Positions 1-10,041 of a DNA stretch of 64,000 bases are shown one piece after another. The stretch lies in NCBI GenBank assembly GCA_963847515.1, contig CAWKAA010000007.1, forward strand, positions 968,952-1,032,951. Reading direction: 5' to 3'. Within the stretch, counting starts at the first letter, position 1. The number at the start of each line of letters is the position of its first letter. This DNA is from Terriglobia bacterium (GTDB lineage Bacteria > Acidobacteriota > Terriglobia > Bryobacterales > Bryobacteraceae). The position numbers and the translations under genes were made by a program. Below the pieces are notes generated by a model. It worked only from the letters and a program-made list of their open reading frames with translations. It was not told the origin of the DNA and made no database searches.

Positions 1-1111
1 GGGAAACGAAGTTTACGTCAGAAGCCTCCTGAACGGCTTCGCTGCACTGGACCGCGAATCGGAATTCATCACGTACCTGTCCATGGATGATGCCGAGGCT
101 TGGGTACCAGCACGATTCCCGGTCCGCCGCATCGCGGGCAATCCGTTCGTGCGGCTGGGATGCGACCTGGCGCTCAAGCTGCGCCGGGACCGGGCGGAGC
201 TTCTGCACGTCCAGTACACGGCACCGCTGGGATGCCCGGTGCCGGTGGTGGTCAGCGTGCACGACGTCAGTTTTCTGGAGCACCCGGATTATTTCCCGTT
301 GTACCGGGCGCTTCAGCTGCGCCTGACGGTGCGGCACACCATTCGCAAGGCCGCCCGTATTCTAACGGGGAGCGAGTTTTCACGCAACTGCATCGCGCGC
401 GCCTATGACCTGGACCCAGATCGTATTTCCGTGGTGGCGAACGCAGCCGCCGGGTGCTTTCACCCAGTGCGGCGGGAGGCAGCGCTCGGCTACATGCTGA
501 AACGATTTGGAATCGCGGCGCCGTTCGTTCTTTCAGTGGGAGACCTGCAGCCGCGCAAGAATCACATCGGTCTGATCGAGGCGTTCGAGCGTATGGTGCA
601 CGCCCGGCCGCAACTCCAGCACCACCTGCTCCTGGCCGGGAAAGAGACGTGGTTTGCCCGGCGCGTCCGCGACGCGGCCAGGCATTCCGGGGTCTCAGAT
701 CGTATCCGGTTTCTTGGGTTCGTTTCCGATGACGATCTGTTGCAACTCTATAACGCGTGCGATTTATTTTGCTTTCCTTCCTTTTATGAGGGCTTCGGGC
801 TTCCCGTGCTGGAAGCTATGGCATGCGGCGCGCCGGTTGCGTGTTCGAATACATCGGCCATCCCAGAGGTCGCAGACGGAGCGGCTTTGTTCTTCAATCC
901 GTACAACCCTGACGAGATTACACGCGCTATGCTGGATTTGATTCAGCACAGGGAGTTACGGACGCGCACTCGCCGGCTGGGATTGCGGCGAGCGGCGGAC
1001 TTCAACTGGCGGAAAACAGCCCAGCAAACGCTGGAGGTTTATTACGAAGTCTTGGAACAATGCCAGTTAGTGACAGCCGGAGCGGCGCCCGCACCGATTG
1101 CGCAGCGATGA
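1..1111 (+). CDS. Glycosyltransferase family 4 (GT-B, GT1/RfaG-like), 5' end outside window
   Basis: Reading frame is open from base 2 with no stop, so the gene begins upstream. C-terminal GT4 signature FPSFYEGFGLPVLEAMACGAPV...SNTSAIPEV and typical EX7E region. 4-bp ATGA overlap with next gene. Confidence 0.85.
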   Translation, partial: GNEVYVRSLLNGFAALDRESEFITYLSMDDAEAWVPARFPVRRIAGNPFVRLGCDLALKLRRDRAELLHVQYTAPLGCPVPVVVSVHDVSFLEHPDYFPLYRALQLRLTVRHTIRKAARILTGSEFSRNCIARAYDLDPDRISVVANAAAGCFHPVRREAALGYMLKRFGIAAPFVLSVGDLQPRKNHIGLIEAFERMVHARPQLQHHLLLAGKETWFARRVRDAARHSGVSDRIRFLGFVSDDDLLQLYNACDLFCFPSFYEGFGLPVLEAMACGAPVACSNTSAIPEVADGAALFFNPYNPDEITRAMLDLIQHRELRTRTRRLGLRRAADFNWRKTAQQTLEVYYEVLEQCQLVTAGAAPAPIAQR

Positions 1112-1848
1112 TTCGCACCTCGCCCGAGCGGTGGCGGATTGTATTCTTTCTCTTCTTTCTGACGCTGCTTCCCAAGGCGCCGGCAGGACCTCCGGCGGAC
1201 CCCACGGGTTTCCCCTTTAGCAATGAGACCCTGAACTACACAGTAAACTGGCCTAGCGGTTTGGGACTGGGCGAGGCGCACATGAGCGCCTCGCGGATTC
1301 ACTCCTCCCAAAACGGCCCCGAACAGTGGGCGTTCCAGTTGACCCTGGATGCCACCATGGCGGGATTTGCCGTAGCCGACCGTTACAACGCAACCGCTTC
1401 CCTGGACCTGTGTTCGGCCACGTTCTACCGGGACTTCACGCACGGCACGCGAAAATCCCATGATCGCGACGATTTCGACCAGCAGGCAGGCCTGGCTCAT
1501 CGGGAAACCGTCGGCGGCGGAAAATCGGACATCTCCATTCCCCCGTGCGCACACGATGCGCTGACCTTCCTATATTTCACGAGGCGAGAATTGGGCCAGG
1601 GCCGAGTACCGCAACATGAGAAAATCCTGTACGGCGGGCCTTACCAGGTCAGGCTTGAATACACGGGTGAGCAGACGGTGAAAGTGAATGACAAGCCAGC
1701 CACCGCGGATCGTTTGATGGTCACCGTCCAGGGTCCGGCTTCCGAGATCACCTTCGAGATGTTCTTTGCTCGCGATGCGGCCCGAACGCCGCTGGTGATC
1801 CGGGTTCCACTGAGCCTAGGCATGTTTTCCCTGGAGCTGGCTCGCTGA
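1108..1848 (+). CDS. Hypothetical exported protein (N-terminal signal/TM MIRTSPERWRIVFFLFFLTLL)
   Basis: 247-aa ORF coupled to upstream GT4 (ATGA overlap) with hydrophobic N-terminus. No recognisable catalytic motif. Lies in a glycan-biosynthesis operon. Confidence 0.5.
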   Translation: MIRTSPERWRIVFFLFFLTLLPKAPAGPPADPTGFPFSNETLNYTVNWPSGLGLGEAHMSASRIHSSQNGPEQWAFQLTLDATMAGFAVADRYNATASLDLCSATFYRDFTHGTRKSHDRDDFDQQAGLAHRETVGGGKSDISIPPCAHDALTFLYFTRRELGQGRVPQHEKILYGGPYQVRLEYTGEQTVKVNDKPATADRLMVTVQGPASEITFEMFFARDAARTPLVIRVPLSLGMFSLELAR

Positions 1849-1856
1849 CGGGCAAC

Positions 1857-3140
1857 ATGCGCGTCGCGTTTTTCTCCCCACTTCCTCCATCCCGAAGCGG
1901 CATCGCAGATTACTCGCAGGCGCTTCTGGAGCCACTGAAACGGCACCTGGAGATCGAGGTCTTCTCCGATGGCGGGCGCGAGTTCCGGCCGGAAGGCTTC
2001 GACCTGGCGCTGTATCAGATCGGCAACAATCCTTATCACGATTTCGTTTACGAGACGGCGCTGCGGCATCCCGGCGTTGTCGTGATGCATGAATCGAACT
2101 TGCACCACCTGATTGCGGACATCACCATCAAGCGCGGCGATTGGGACGCGTATCTGGGGGAAGCCGAATACAACGGCGGCGCCGGCGCTCGGAGTACGCG
2201 CGGAGGGTGCAGCGCTCAAGGCCGGGCCCGACTACGAAGGCGTGCCCATGACGCGGCGCCTGCTGGAATCGGCCCAGGCCTGATGGTGCATGCCGATTTC
2301 ATGCGATGCGAAATGCGGGCGCCGGGTTTTGCCGGCCCGATCGCGCGCATCCCGCACGGCGCCTGGATTCCGGAAGTCGACCGCTGGCATATCGCCACCG
2401 GCTGGGATTGGACGAACGACGCCGCTGATCGGCATCTTCGGGTTCCTGAAGCCCTACAAGCGAATTGCCGAATCGCTGCGCGCCTTCCGCCGCCTGGTGC
2501 GCGCTGAGCCCGGAGCCCGAATGATCCTGGTGGGCGAGCAGCATCCGGAGTTCCCGCTCGAATCGCTGATCCGCACGCTGGATCTCTCGGCCAAGTCCGC
2601 GTGCTGGGCTTCACACCCATCGAGGATTTCGTGGGTTACATGGCAGCCATGCGACATCGTGCTCAATCTGCGCTATCCCACAGTTGGCGAGAGCTCCGGC
2701 AGCTGCTGCGCTCGCTGGGTCTGGGCGAGGCGGTGCTGGTCTCCGAGATCGGATCTTTCGCGAGTTGCCGGACGACGTGTGCCTGAAAGTGCCGGTGGGG
2801 CCGGGACGAAGAGGATCTGATCTTCGAGTACCTGAACCTGCTGGTCTCGCGTCCCGAGGCTCGCCAAAGCTTGGGCGCGCGGGCGAGGGATTACGTGGAG
2901 CGCGAGTGCAACTGGGCGGCCGTGGCGCGCCGATATGCCGCGTTCCTTTGCGCCGTCAAGGAAGGCCGCGAGTGGCGCGAGGTGGCGGCTACGGCGCCGG
3001 AGCCGCGCCCGAATCCGGAGCCTGTCCCTGAGCATATATGGCCGGCTGGGCGGCCAGCGCAGGCGCGCCAGGAATATATCGAAACCCATCAGACGCGGCT
3101 CGCTCAAACGCTGGAAATCACGCCACCGCGGCGGGCCTGA
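1857..3140 (+). pseudogene. GT4 glycosyltransferase disrupted by several frameshifts
   Basis: N-terminus MRVAFFSPLPPSRSGIADYS (frame 0). Later GT4 segments PLIGIFGFLKPYKRI...ILVGEQHPEF (frame +1), RVLGFTPIEDFVGYMAA (third frame) and C-terminus ARDYVERECNWAAVARRYAAFL (frame 0 again). At least 4 frame changes. Confidence 0.7.
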
Positions 3141-3800
3141 CGACCGCATCCTGGAAATGGGCGCGTATCTGCAAATCACCCCCGCGCTTCACACCAAGTT
3201 GGGATATGGCGAAGTGCGCGGCTGTTATTACGGCCGGCGGGCAGCGTGGACCATCGCACGTCACGGTTTCGGACGAAGGCGAGCGTTCGATGCGACATCG
3301 ACCACTTCGACGCCGAGAAGGACCCTTTCCCTTACCCCGACTGAGTATTTCTCCACGGTGCTCTGCTGCGAGCTGATCGAGCACCTGCTTCACGACCCCA
3401 TGCACCTGATGTCGGAGGTGAACCGCATCCTGAAGCCCGGCGGCCACCTGGTGCTGACCACTCCCAATATCGCGGGCTTGCGCGCCATCTGCGGCCATCC
3501 TGCAGGGCTATCATCCCGGATTTTTTCACGCTTACATCCGGCCCGCAGAGGACGGCGAGACGGCGGCCCGCCATAATCGCGAATACACGCCGCGCGAAGT
3601 CGCACAAGTCTGCTCGAAAATTCGGGGTTCGAGGTGACGCGCCTCGAGACCGGCGCGTTCCGCGAGGAGCCCAGCCGGAGTACGCCTGGGTGCTGCACCT
3701 GCTGGAGCGCTACAATCTGGATACCGGACTGCGCGGCGACGGCATCTACGCCGTGGGCCGCAAGACCGGCCCGGTGCGCGAGCGCTATCCCGTCCTGGCT
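3141..3800 (+). pseudogene. Class I SAM-dependent methyltransferase disrupted by several frameshifts
   Basis: Segments ILEMGAYLQITPALHTKLGYGEVRGCYYG, DHFDAEKDPFPYPD, FSTVLCCELIEHLLHDPMHLMSEVNRILKPGGHLVLTTPN and YNLDTGLRGDGIYAVGRKTG lie in different frames. Boundaries approximate. Confidence 0.6.
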
Positions 3801-3809
3801 CTATACATG

Positions 3810-4200
3810 ATGCGCGCCTATGATGTTCAGCACGCAGAAGTCCAGGCGAATGGCGATCAGTTCGATCACCGTGAGCTTCGAGATGCGCAATCTCACTTCC
3901 GAAGCCGTGGCGGCCGGCGGAAGGCTTCGCCGTCGGCTATCACGTCTTCGATCCCGAAACAGGCACGTTGGTGAGTGGATGGCCCGCGCACCGCGCCCGC
4001 AGGCGGACATCGCGCCAGGCGAAAACGCAGCGTTCGAACTGCATTTCGAGCTTCCGCCAGGAGCCTGGCCGGTACCGGGTGTTCGTTTCGGCCGTGCGAG
4101 AGAAGGCGTATTGGCTGTACGAGCGCGGCTCCGAGTTCCTGCTGGTCGAAGCGGCGGTGGACGCGGGCGCGCAAGGGTAGAGAGATTCCGCGTCGACGAC
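3810..4200 (+). pseudogene. Unassigned coding remnant split between two frames (APGENAAFELHFELPPGAWPVPGVRF / YRVFVSAVREKAYWLYERGSEFLLVEAAV)
   Basis: Protein-like translations in two overlapping frames with no single intact ORF. Continues the frameshift-ridden stretch. Confidence 0.3.
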
Positions 4201-4269
4201 GGAAACGCGTCGGTGCGCCGCGAAAGATTGTCTGCGCTCGGTCGGGCGCGCCTTCACCTGCCGTTCGAA

Positions 4270-4975
4270 CGATCTGGCGCAACCGCAGCCTCATCCGGAC
4301 CATGGTGCGCCGCGATGTGCTGGGGCGGTACCGCGGATCGTTCGGCGGCGCGTTCTGGACCGTGCTCAATCCGCTGATGCTGATGCTGACGTACTTCTTC
4401 GTCTTCGGCGTGGTGCTGCGCGCGCGGTTTCCCAACGACCCCAGCCGCGCCGGCTTTGCGCTCTATTTCCTGGCCGGCATGCTGCCGTGGCTGGCGTTCA
4501 GCGAGGCCGCCGGGCGCGCGCCAACCGTCATGCTGGAGCATCGCAATTTCGTCAAGAAGCTGGTATTCCCGGTGGAAACGCTGCCGGTGAACCTGGTGAC
4601 GGCGGGCCTGGTGAGCGAAGTCTTCGGCGTGGCGCTGTTTCTTCTGGCTCGTACTCTGGCACGTGGATACGTTCCCGCCTCGATCGTGTGGCTGCCGGTG
4701 CTGGTGGTCCCGCAGATTCTGTTGACGGCGGGCCTCTGCTGGTTCCTGGCGGCGCTCGGAGTGTTCGTGCGCGATCTGGCCCAGCATCAACGGGTTCCTG
4801 CTGACGCTGTGGTTTTTCCTGACGCCGATCTGCTATCCCGGAAGCTTCGCTGCCTGGCCCGGCCCTGCGGATCCTTTCGAAGAATCCGATGTTCGTGCTG
4901 GTGCGCGGCTATCGCGCTGCGCTGCTCGAGGGCCGTGCGCCCGCCTTTCAGTTCGTTACTGGAAGCTGTGCGTGA
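4270..4975 (+). pseudogene. ABC-2 type polysaccharide/O-antigen export permease (Wzm-like), frameshifted
   Basis: IWRNRSLIRTMVRRDVLGRYRGSFGGAFWTVLNPLMLMLTYFFVFGVVL... is a typical Wzm N-terminus and TM core. The frame switches near 4785 (LAQ|INGFLLTLWFFLTPICYP) and again before NPMFVLVRGYRAALLEG. No in-frame start found. No Wzt ATPase gene nearby. Confidence 0.6.
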
Positions 4976-5008
4976 TTTCAGCGGCGGTATTTTCATTCTG
5001 GGTCACGC

Positions 5009-5614
5009 ATGGTTTTACAAGCTGCGGAAATCGTTCGCGGATATGATGTGACTGTATTCGAAGGCGTGGCACTCGCCGAACTTGCCGGTTGCTGGATTCT
5101 GTGGTCGTTGGCGTTTATCAAGCCGCGAAAGCAAGCCGCCGGACAGCAAGCCGTGGTCGCCGCGCCCGTCGCGAAATGGGGCATTCTGCTGCAAATGTTT
5201 GGCTTTGCGCTGGTGTGGGCTTATATACGGCCCGTGGGATTTCAGAAGGCGCCGGCGTCGCTGGTCGTGTCCATGATTCTGGGCCCGGCCTCGGTGGTGC
5301 TGGTGTGGATGGCCGCACGGTATCTCGGAAAGCAGTGGCGTTTCGAAGCGGCGCTCATTCAGGATCACGATCTGGTGCGGACGGGCCCCTACCGCTTCAT
5401 CCGGCATCCCATCTATGCGTCGATGCTGGGCATGCTACTGGCCACGGGATTCGCCTGGACGTGGTGGCCGATGTTTGCGGGAGCAGTCGTCGCATATCTG
5501 GCCGGGACAGAAATCCGCGTGCGCGCCGAAGACCGTTTGCTGGAGGAACGATTCCAGGAAGATTTCATAACCTACCGTTCCCGTGTGCGCGCTTACATTC
5601 CCGGCCTGCGGTAG
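5009..5614 (+). CDS. Isoprenylcysteine carboxyl methyltransferase (ICMT)/phospholipid methyltransferase family membrane protein
   Basis: Multiple TM helices and the family motif TGPYRFIRHPIYASMLG...E-R.LE..FG..Y..Y (EDRLLEERFQEDFITYRSRV). Confidence 0.8.
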   Translation: MVLQAAEIVRGYDVTVFEGVALAELAGCWILWSLAFIKPRKQAAGQQAVVAAPVAKWGILLQMFGFALVWAYIRPVGFQKAPASLVVSMILGPASVVLVWMAARYLGKQWRFEAALIQDHDLVRTGPYRFIRHPIYASMLGMLLATGFAWTWWPMFAGAVVAYLAGTEIRVRAEDRLLEERFQEDFITYRSRVRAYIPGLR

Positions 5615-6477
5615 TGGTTCGGAGAAGGCTCGACATGCACGAGCACATCGGCCACCCAGTCCACGTCGCGGCGGATGCGATTGCGCACTTGCTCGGCAAT
5701 GTCGTGTGAGAACCGCACGGTGATTTCGGGGTCCACCTCGAGGTGGAGATCGACGTGATACTGCAGTCCCGTCTTGCGCGCGAAGCATTTTTCAACGCCT
5801 TCCACCCCTGAAACCTGCTGGGCCACATCGCGAATCGTCCGCATCATCCGGTCGCTGGGCATAGTGTCCATCAACTGCAGGCCGGTGTCGCGCGTCACCC
5901 GCACCCCGGTGAAAATCACGATCAGCCCTACGACGAAGCCGCCATAGTGGTCGGCAGCGAGGAAACGTTGAGGATCGTGGAGCGTAAGGCTGACGGCGGC
6001 AAGGGCGGCGAGACCAGAGACGATATCTACGGCGTCGTTCCAGCCGTCGGCGGCCAAAGCAGTGCTGCCAATCTTTTTCCCAAACCGGAATTTCACGCCG
6101 CATAGAACGCTCTTGACGCCAATGGAAACGATCAGTGGCCAGATGGCATAGGCAGCCGGCGGCTGGTGCGTTTCACCAGCGAAGAGCAGCGCGTGGAATG
6201 AGATGGCCACGCCGGTCCCGAACAGCATCAAACCGACCAGCAGCCCAGTGAGCGTCTCGGCGCGGCCGTGGCCGTAAGGGTGATTCCAGTCCGCCGGTTT
6301 AGCGGCGAGCGTCAGTCCCAAAAAGACCAGGCCCGAAGACAGGACATCGCCGGCCGACTCCAGTCCGTCGGCCACGACCGAAATCGAGCCGGCCATTATG
6401 CCAGTGATGATCTTCGCCACGGCGAGGCCGCTGCTCACGATCATGCCGCCGAGCGCAACCTTCTGGCCGATCCGCAT
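5593..6477 (-). CDS. Cation diffusion facilitator (CDF) family metal efflux transporter (FieF/CzcD-like)
   Basis: Six TM helices with HxxxD-type motifs (NHPYGHGRAE, ADGWNDAVD) and a C-terminal cytoplasmic domain. Convergent 22-bp overlap with the ICMT gene. Confidence 0.85.
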   Translation of the reverse strand: MRIGQKVALGGMIVSSGLAVAKIITGIMAGSISVVADGLESAGDVLSSGLVFLGLTLAAKPADWNHPYGHGRAETLTGLLVGLMLFGTGVAISFHALLFAGETHQPPAAYAIWPLIVSIGVKSVLCGVKFRFGKKIGSTALAADGWNDAVDIVSGLAALAAVSLTLHDPQRFLAADHYGGFVVGLIVIFTGVRVTRDTGLQLMDTMPSDRMMRTIRDVAQQVSGVEGVEKCFARKTGLQYHVDLHLEVDPEITVRFSHDIAEQVRNRIRRDVDWVADVLVHVEPSPNHYRRPGM

Positions 6478-6531
6478 CCCTTCAGTTTAGCCAGTCGTGA
6501 TAATCGCCGAAGGGAGCGTCCTGGGTGTGGC

Positions 6532-7305
6532 TCAATTCGCCGAAGGAGCCAGATGCCCGCGGCGATTCTTTTGCCAGCAGTCCTCGTTATGATCGGTGCA
6601 CTGCGGACGCTCTTTGCCGTAGCTGATAGTAGTCAATTGAGCGGCTGGAACGCCGAACTCGATCAGGTAGTCTCTGGCCTCTCTCGCGCGGCGATCGCCC
6701 AGCGCCAGATTGTACTCGGCGGACCCACGTTCGTCACAGTGGCCCTCCACACTGACTTTTGCACTCTGGAAACTTTTGAAGATGTCCTTCAAAGCGCTGG
6801 CGTCCTGCTGCAGTGCTGTGCGCGCATCCAGCCGAAGGCTGGACTTGTCATAGTCAAAGTAGGCATCCCTGGTCTGATCGCTAAGCAGGTCGCCGAATGA
6901 CTTTCGGGGTGCGACTGCGGCGGTTGGCGCGGGAATGGTTACTCGCACCGCAGTGGTATCCTCCGCTGTCCCGCCAGGTCCCTTTGCGACGAGCGTATAT
7001 GTCGTGTTGCTATTCGGGAACACCTGCCGGCTGCCGCCGGGTTGCACGGCGCCGGCACTGGGCTCAATCGTGACACTTGTGGCATTGCTGACGGACCAGC
7101 TCAAGGTGGACGACTCGCCACGTGTGATGTCTGCTGGTGAAGCCGCAAACGTCGAGATCACCGGTTTTAGCGGCGGAGGCGCAGATTCTTTGGCGGCCGG
7201 CATTGGAGCCGGGGGCGGAAGGGCGGCAACTTTCTTCTTACAAGCGGACGCGATTAGCAAGATGCACAACAGCAGCGCAAATAACTCGAATTTTCGCTTA
7301 GTCAT
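6532..7305 (-). CDS. OmpA-family / peptidoglycan-associated lipoprotein (Pal-like)
   Basis: Start at MTKRKFELFALLLCILLIASAC (lipobox LIASAC) with AGGAGA SD upstream. Pro/Ala-rich linker. C-terminal OmpA_C motif VEGHCDERGSAEYNLALGDRRAREARDYL. Confidence 0.85.
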   Translation of the reverse strand: MTKRKFELFALLLCILLIASACKKKVAALPPPAPMPAAKESAPPPLKPVISTFAASPADITRGESSTLSWSVSNATSVTIEPSAGAVQPGGSRQVFPNSNTTYTLVAKGPGGTAEDTTAVRVTIPAPTAAVAPRKSFGDLLSDQTRDAYFDYDKSSLRLDARTALQQDASALKDIFKSFQSAKVSVEGHCDERGSAEYNLALGDRRAREARDYLIEFGVPAAQLTTISYGKERPQCTDHNEDCWQKNRRGHLAPSAN

Positions 7306-7597
7306 ATAGTTTTTCTTCTCCTGTCGTTTTCTGTGAAAACACCGCGGCTGCATGGTGGCGCCTGGCAGCCGCGGCCCCTGGGATTCGGTGCCCTTTTCCG
7401 TCACTGCGCCTCTTACACCTAGTTAGCGGGAAATCGACCTCGGATAGATATACTGTCCAGCCAGTATTTTGGAGGGCGCCGGGGCGTGAGCCCGGCAGGG
7501 CCGGGTCGTATCCGATTTGAGGCGAAAATACCGGGCCGGAGGGATGTTACTCGCAGCCTTGTGTTCTTATCCTGAAAACAGCAAAGGAGTCAAACAC

Positions 7598-7888
7598 ATG
7601 ACGCAATTGTCGGTAAGAGTCATGACGCTGGTGACAGCGATTCTATGGGGCGGATGCCTGCTGTTCGTCGGACTCGTCAACCTGGCAGCCCCATCGTACG
7701 GCGTTGATTTTCTGCACATGATGAGTTCGGTATATCCGGGTTTCCATATGACGCGCACCCTGGGCGAGGTGGTTCTCGGTACGGTGTATGGGTTCGTGGA
7801 CGGCGCAATTGCCGGCTGCCTGTTCGCCTGGCTCTACAACTGGATTAGGGGCATCAGAACTCACAGTACGCAAGAATCGCACTCGTAA
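7598..7888 (+). CDS. Small hypothetical membrane protein (2-3 TM)
   Basis: AAAGGAG SD 8 nt upstream of the ATG at 7598. Hydrophobic segments TLVTAILWGGCLLFVGLV and GFVDGAIAGCLFAWLY. Confidence 0.5.
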   Translation: MTQLSVRVMTLVTAILWGGCLLFVGLVNLAAPSYGVDFLHMMSSVYPGFHMTRTLGEVVLGTVYGFVDGAIAGCLFAWLYNWIRGIRTHSTQESHS

Positions 7889-7972
7889 TGTGCGGACGAG
7901 ACAGAGCAGCGGTTCGACGACGGCGCCGTGCTCTTATAAACTGATGTCATAGCTGACGATTTCACAGAGGGG

Positions 7973-9375
7973 ATGAGACCTGGAGAACCAACCTTCCGGG
8001 CAAGAACGCGGCTTGTTCTGCTGGCGGGGTTTGGGGGATTGCTCGCGTTGATGGCCGTGGGAGGATTCGACGCCATCCAAGTGCTGCAGCAGATACAGGG
8101 CGGAATATCGAAATCCGCCGCGCTTTTCTTTCCCGCAACCGGGCGCTCGAACAGATCCGGTCTTCGCTTTACCTCTCGGGTACGTTCGTGCGCGACTATC
8201 TGCTCGATCCGGAGCCACGGGGTGCTGAGCTGCAGCGGGGTAACCTGCAAGCGCTCCACCGCGGGATGGAAGCCGCGTTAGACAGGTACTCCGGTTCGCT
8301 GAGCCCGGAAGAACAAAATCCCATGCGGGCGCTGCGAACTGAGCTGGCCGCTTACTGGAAGGTGCTGGATCCGATTCTGCAGTGGTCGCCCGACGAGAGG
8401 CGCGTACGCGGTTATGCGTTCCTGCGCGATGAGCTGGTGCCGCGGCGCGCCACGGTGCTAGAGATCGCCGATAAGATCGCCGCCATTAATGAACAGGAGC
8501 TGAACGGCGGCGACGAACGTCTGGAGGAGACCTTCGGGCGTTTCCGGCGCAGGCTATTGCTGATGTTAGCGGCCACGCTCAGCATTGGCCTGGTGCTGGC
8601 CGGCGCGGTAGCATCGCACATTCTGAGGCTCGAGAAACAAGCGAGATTGCGTTACGAGCAGGTGGTACACGCGCAGACAGAACTCAAAGAATTATCCGCG
8701 CGCCTGGTCAAAGCGCAAGAGGAAGAACGCCGAGCTATTTCGAGAGAACTGCACGACGAGGTGGGACAGTCGTTGAGCGCGCTGCTGATGGAGCTGGGGA
8801 ACCTGGCTGCGGTGGCGCCTCAGAATTTGGAACCTTTGCAGCGGCACCTGGAATCGATCCGGCGGCTGGCTGAGTCCAGCGTGAATGTGGCGCGCAATAT
8901 GGCGTTGCTGCTGAGACCCTCGATGCTCGACGACTTCGGCCTGGTTCCCGCGCTCGAATGGCACGCGCGCGAGGTTTCGAAGCGCACGGGCATGGCGATT
9001 AGCGTGGAGGCGGATACGGTGTCTGACTCCCTGCCCGATTCTCACAATACTTGTGTCTATCGCGTGGTTCAAGAGGCCCTGCACAACTGCACCCGGCATG
9101 CCGATGCGCGTACCGTACGCATACATGTGCGCCAGGAACCCGAGCGCATCGTACTTTCCGTGCAGGACGACGGAAAGGGATTCGATGCCCGGCACGTGCG
9201 CGGCCTGGGGCTGGTAGGGATGGAGGAGCGTGTGCATCATCTGGGAGGAAACTTCCAGGTGAAATCCGAGCCAGAGCACGGAACGACGCTGGTGGTGGAA
9301 TTGCCGCTGGCCGCAGCAGAACCGCCTGCCGAACCGAAAGCCGGACGGCCGGAAAGCGTGGCGCGTAGCGCCTAA
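7973..9375 (+). pseudogene. Two-component sensor histidine kinase (HisKA_3/NarX-LiaS type), apparent frameshift near 8098
   Basis: TM1 LVLLAGFGGLLALMAVGG in frame 2. The sensor domain continues NIEIRRAFLSRNRALEQIRSSLYLSGTFVRDYL in frame 1 after a GGG run at ~8098. Then TM2, HisKA_3 (ISRELHDEVGQSLSAL) and HATPase_c (VQDDGKGF...GLGLVGMEERV) are intact from 8188 to 9375. Confidence 0.65.
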
Positions 9376-9378
9376 CCT

Positions 9379-10029
9379 ATGAACCCTATTCGAATTCTGC
9401 TGGCCGACGATCACACGGTTATGCGTAACGGGCTGCGGCTCCTGCTCGAGCGCCAGCGAAACCTGACCGTCGTCGGCGAGGCCTCCGATGGCCGCGAAAC
9501 CGTGCGGCTGGCTGAACAACTCTCGCCCGACGTCGTGGTGATGGACATCGCCATGCCCAATCTGAACGGCATCGAGGCGGCGCGCCAGATCATGGCGTCG
9601 AATCCGGACCTGGCCATCGTGATTCTGAGCATGCATTCCGATGAGAGCTACGTGATTCGCGCGCTCAAGGCGGGGGCGCGGGCTTACTTGCTCAAAGACT
9701 CGGCGGAAGGCGACCTCATCGCCGCCATCCACGCGATCACCGAGGGCAAATCTTTCTTCAGCCCGGCAATTAGCCGGATTTTGGTGGAAGACTACATGCG
9801 ACAGCTCGAGCAGAAACACGTGGAAGACACTTACGAGCTGCTTACCGCGCGGGAGCGGGAGATTTTGCAGTTGCTTGCTGAGGGTAAGACCAACAAGGAA
9901 GTGGCCGCGATGCTCAATCTGAGCATCTACACGGTAGAAACGCACCGGACACACATTCTGCAAAAGTTGAATTTGCACAACGTGCCGGAACTGATTCTGT
10001 ACGCGGTGAGAAAAGGGATTATCGCGTAG
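9379..10029 (+). CDS. Response regulator, NarL/FixJ family (REC + LuxR-type HTH)
   Basis: ILLADDH...D...VVVMDIAMP receiver motifs. C-terminal LTAREREILQLLAEGKTNKEVAAMLNLSIYTVETHRTHILQKL. Follows the kinase by 3 bp. Confidence 0.9.
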   Translation: MNPIRILLADDHTVMRNGLRLLLERQRNLTVVGEASDGRETVRLAEQLSPDVVVMDIAMPNLNGIEAARQIMASNPDLAIVILSMHSDESYVIRALKAGARAYLLKDSAEGDLIAAIHAITEGKSFFSPAISRILVEDYMRQLEQKHVEDTYELLTAREREILQLLAEGKTNKEVAAMLNLSIYTVETHRTHILQKLNLHNVPELILYAVRKGIIA

Positions 10030-10041
10030 GCTGATGGCCGC

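Noticed and set aside
2673-3179. 168-aa minus-strand ORF
   Set aside because: Overlaps the frameshifted GT4/methyltransferase region, where plus-strand segments carry real family motifs. Arg-rich artefact.
4254-4790. 178-aa minus-strand ORF (His/Gln/Arg-rich)
   Set aside because: Antisense to the Wzm-like permease segments. Low-complexity.
8692-9978. 428-aa ORF on the minus strand
   Set aside because: Lies antisense to the clearly recognisable histidine kinase and NarL regulator. His/Arg/Gly-rich, low-complexity translation typical of spurious ORFs in high-GC DNA.
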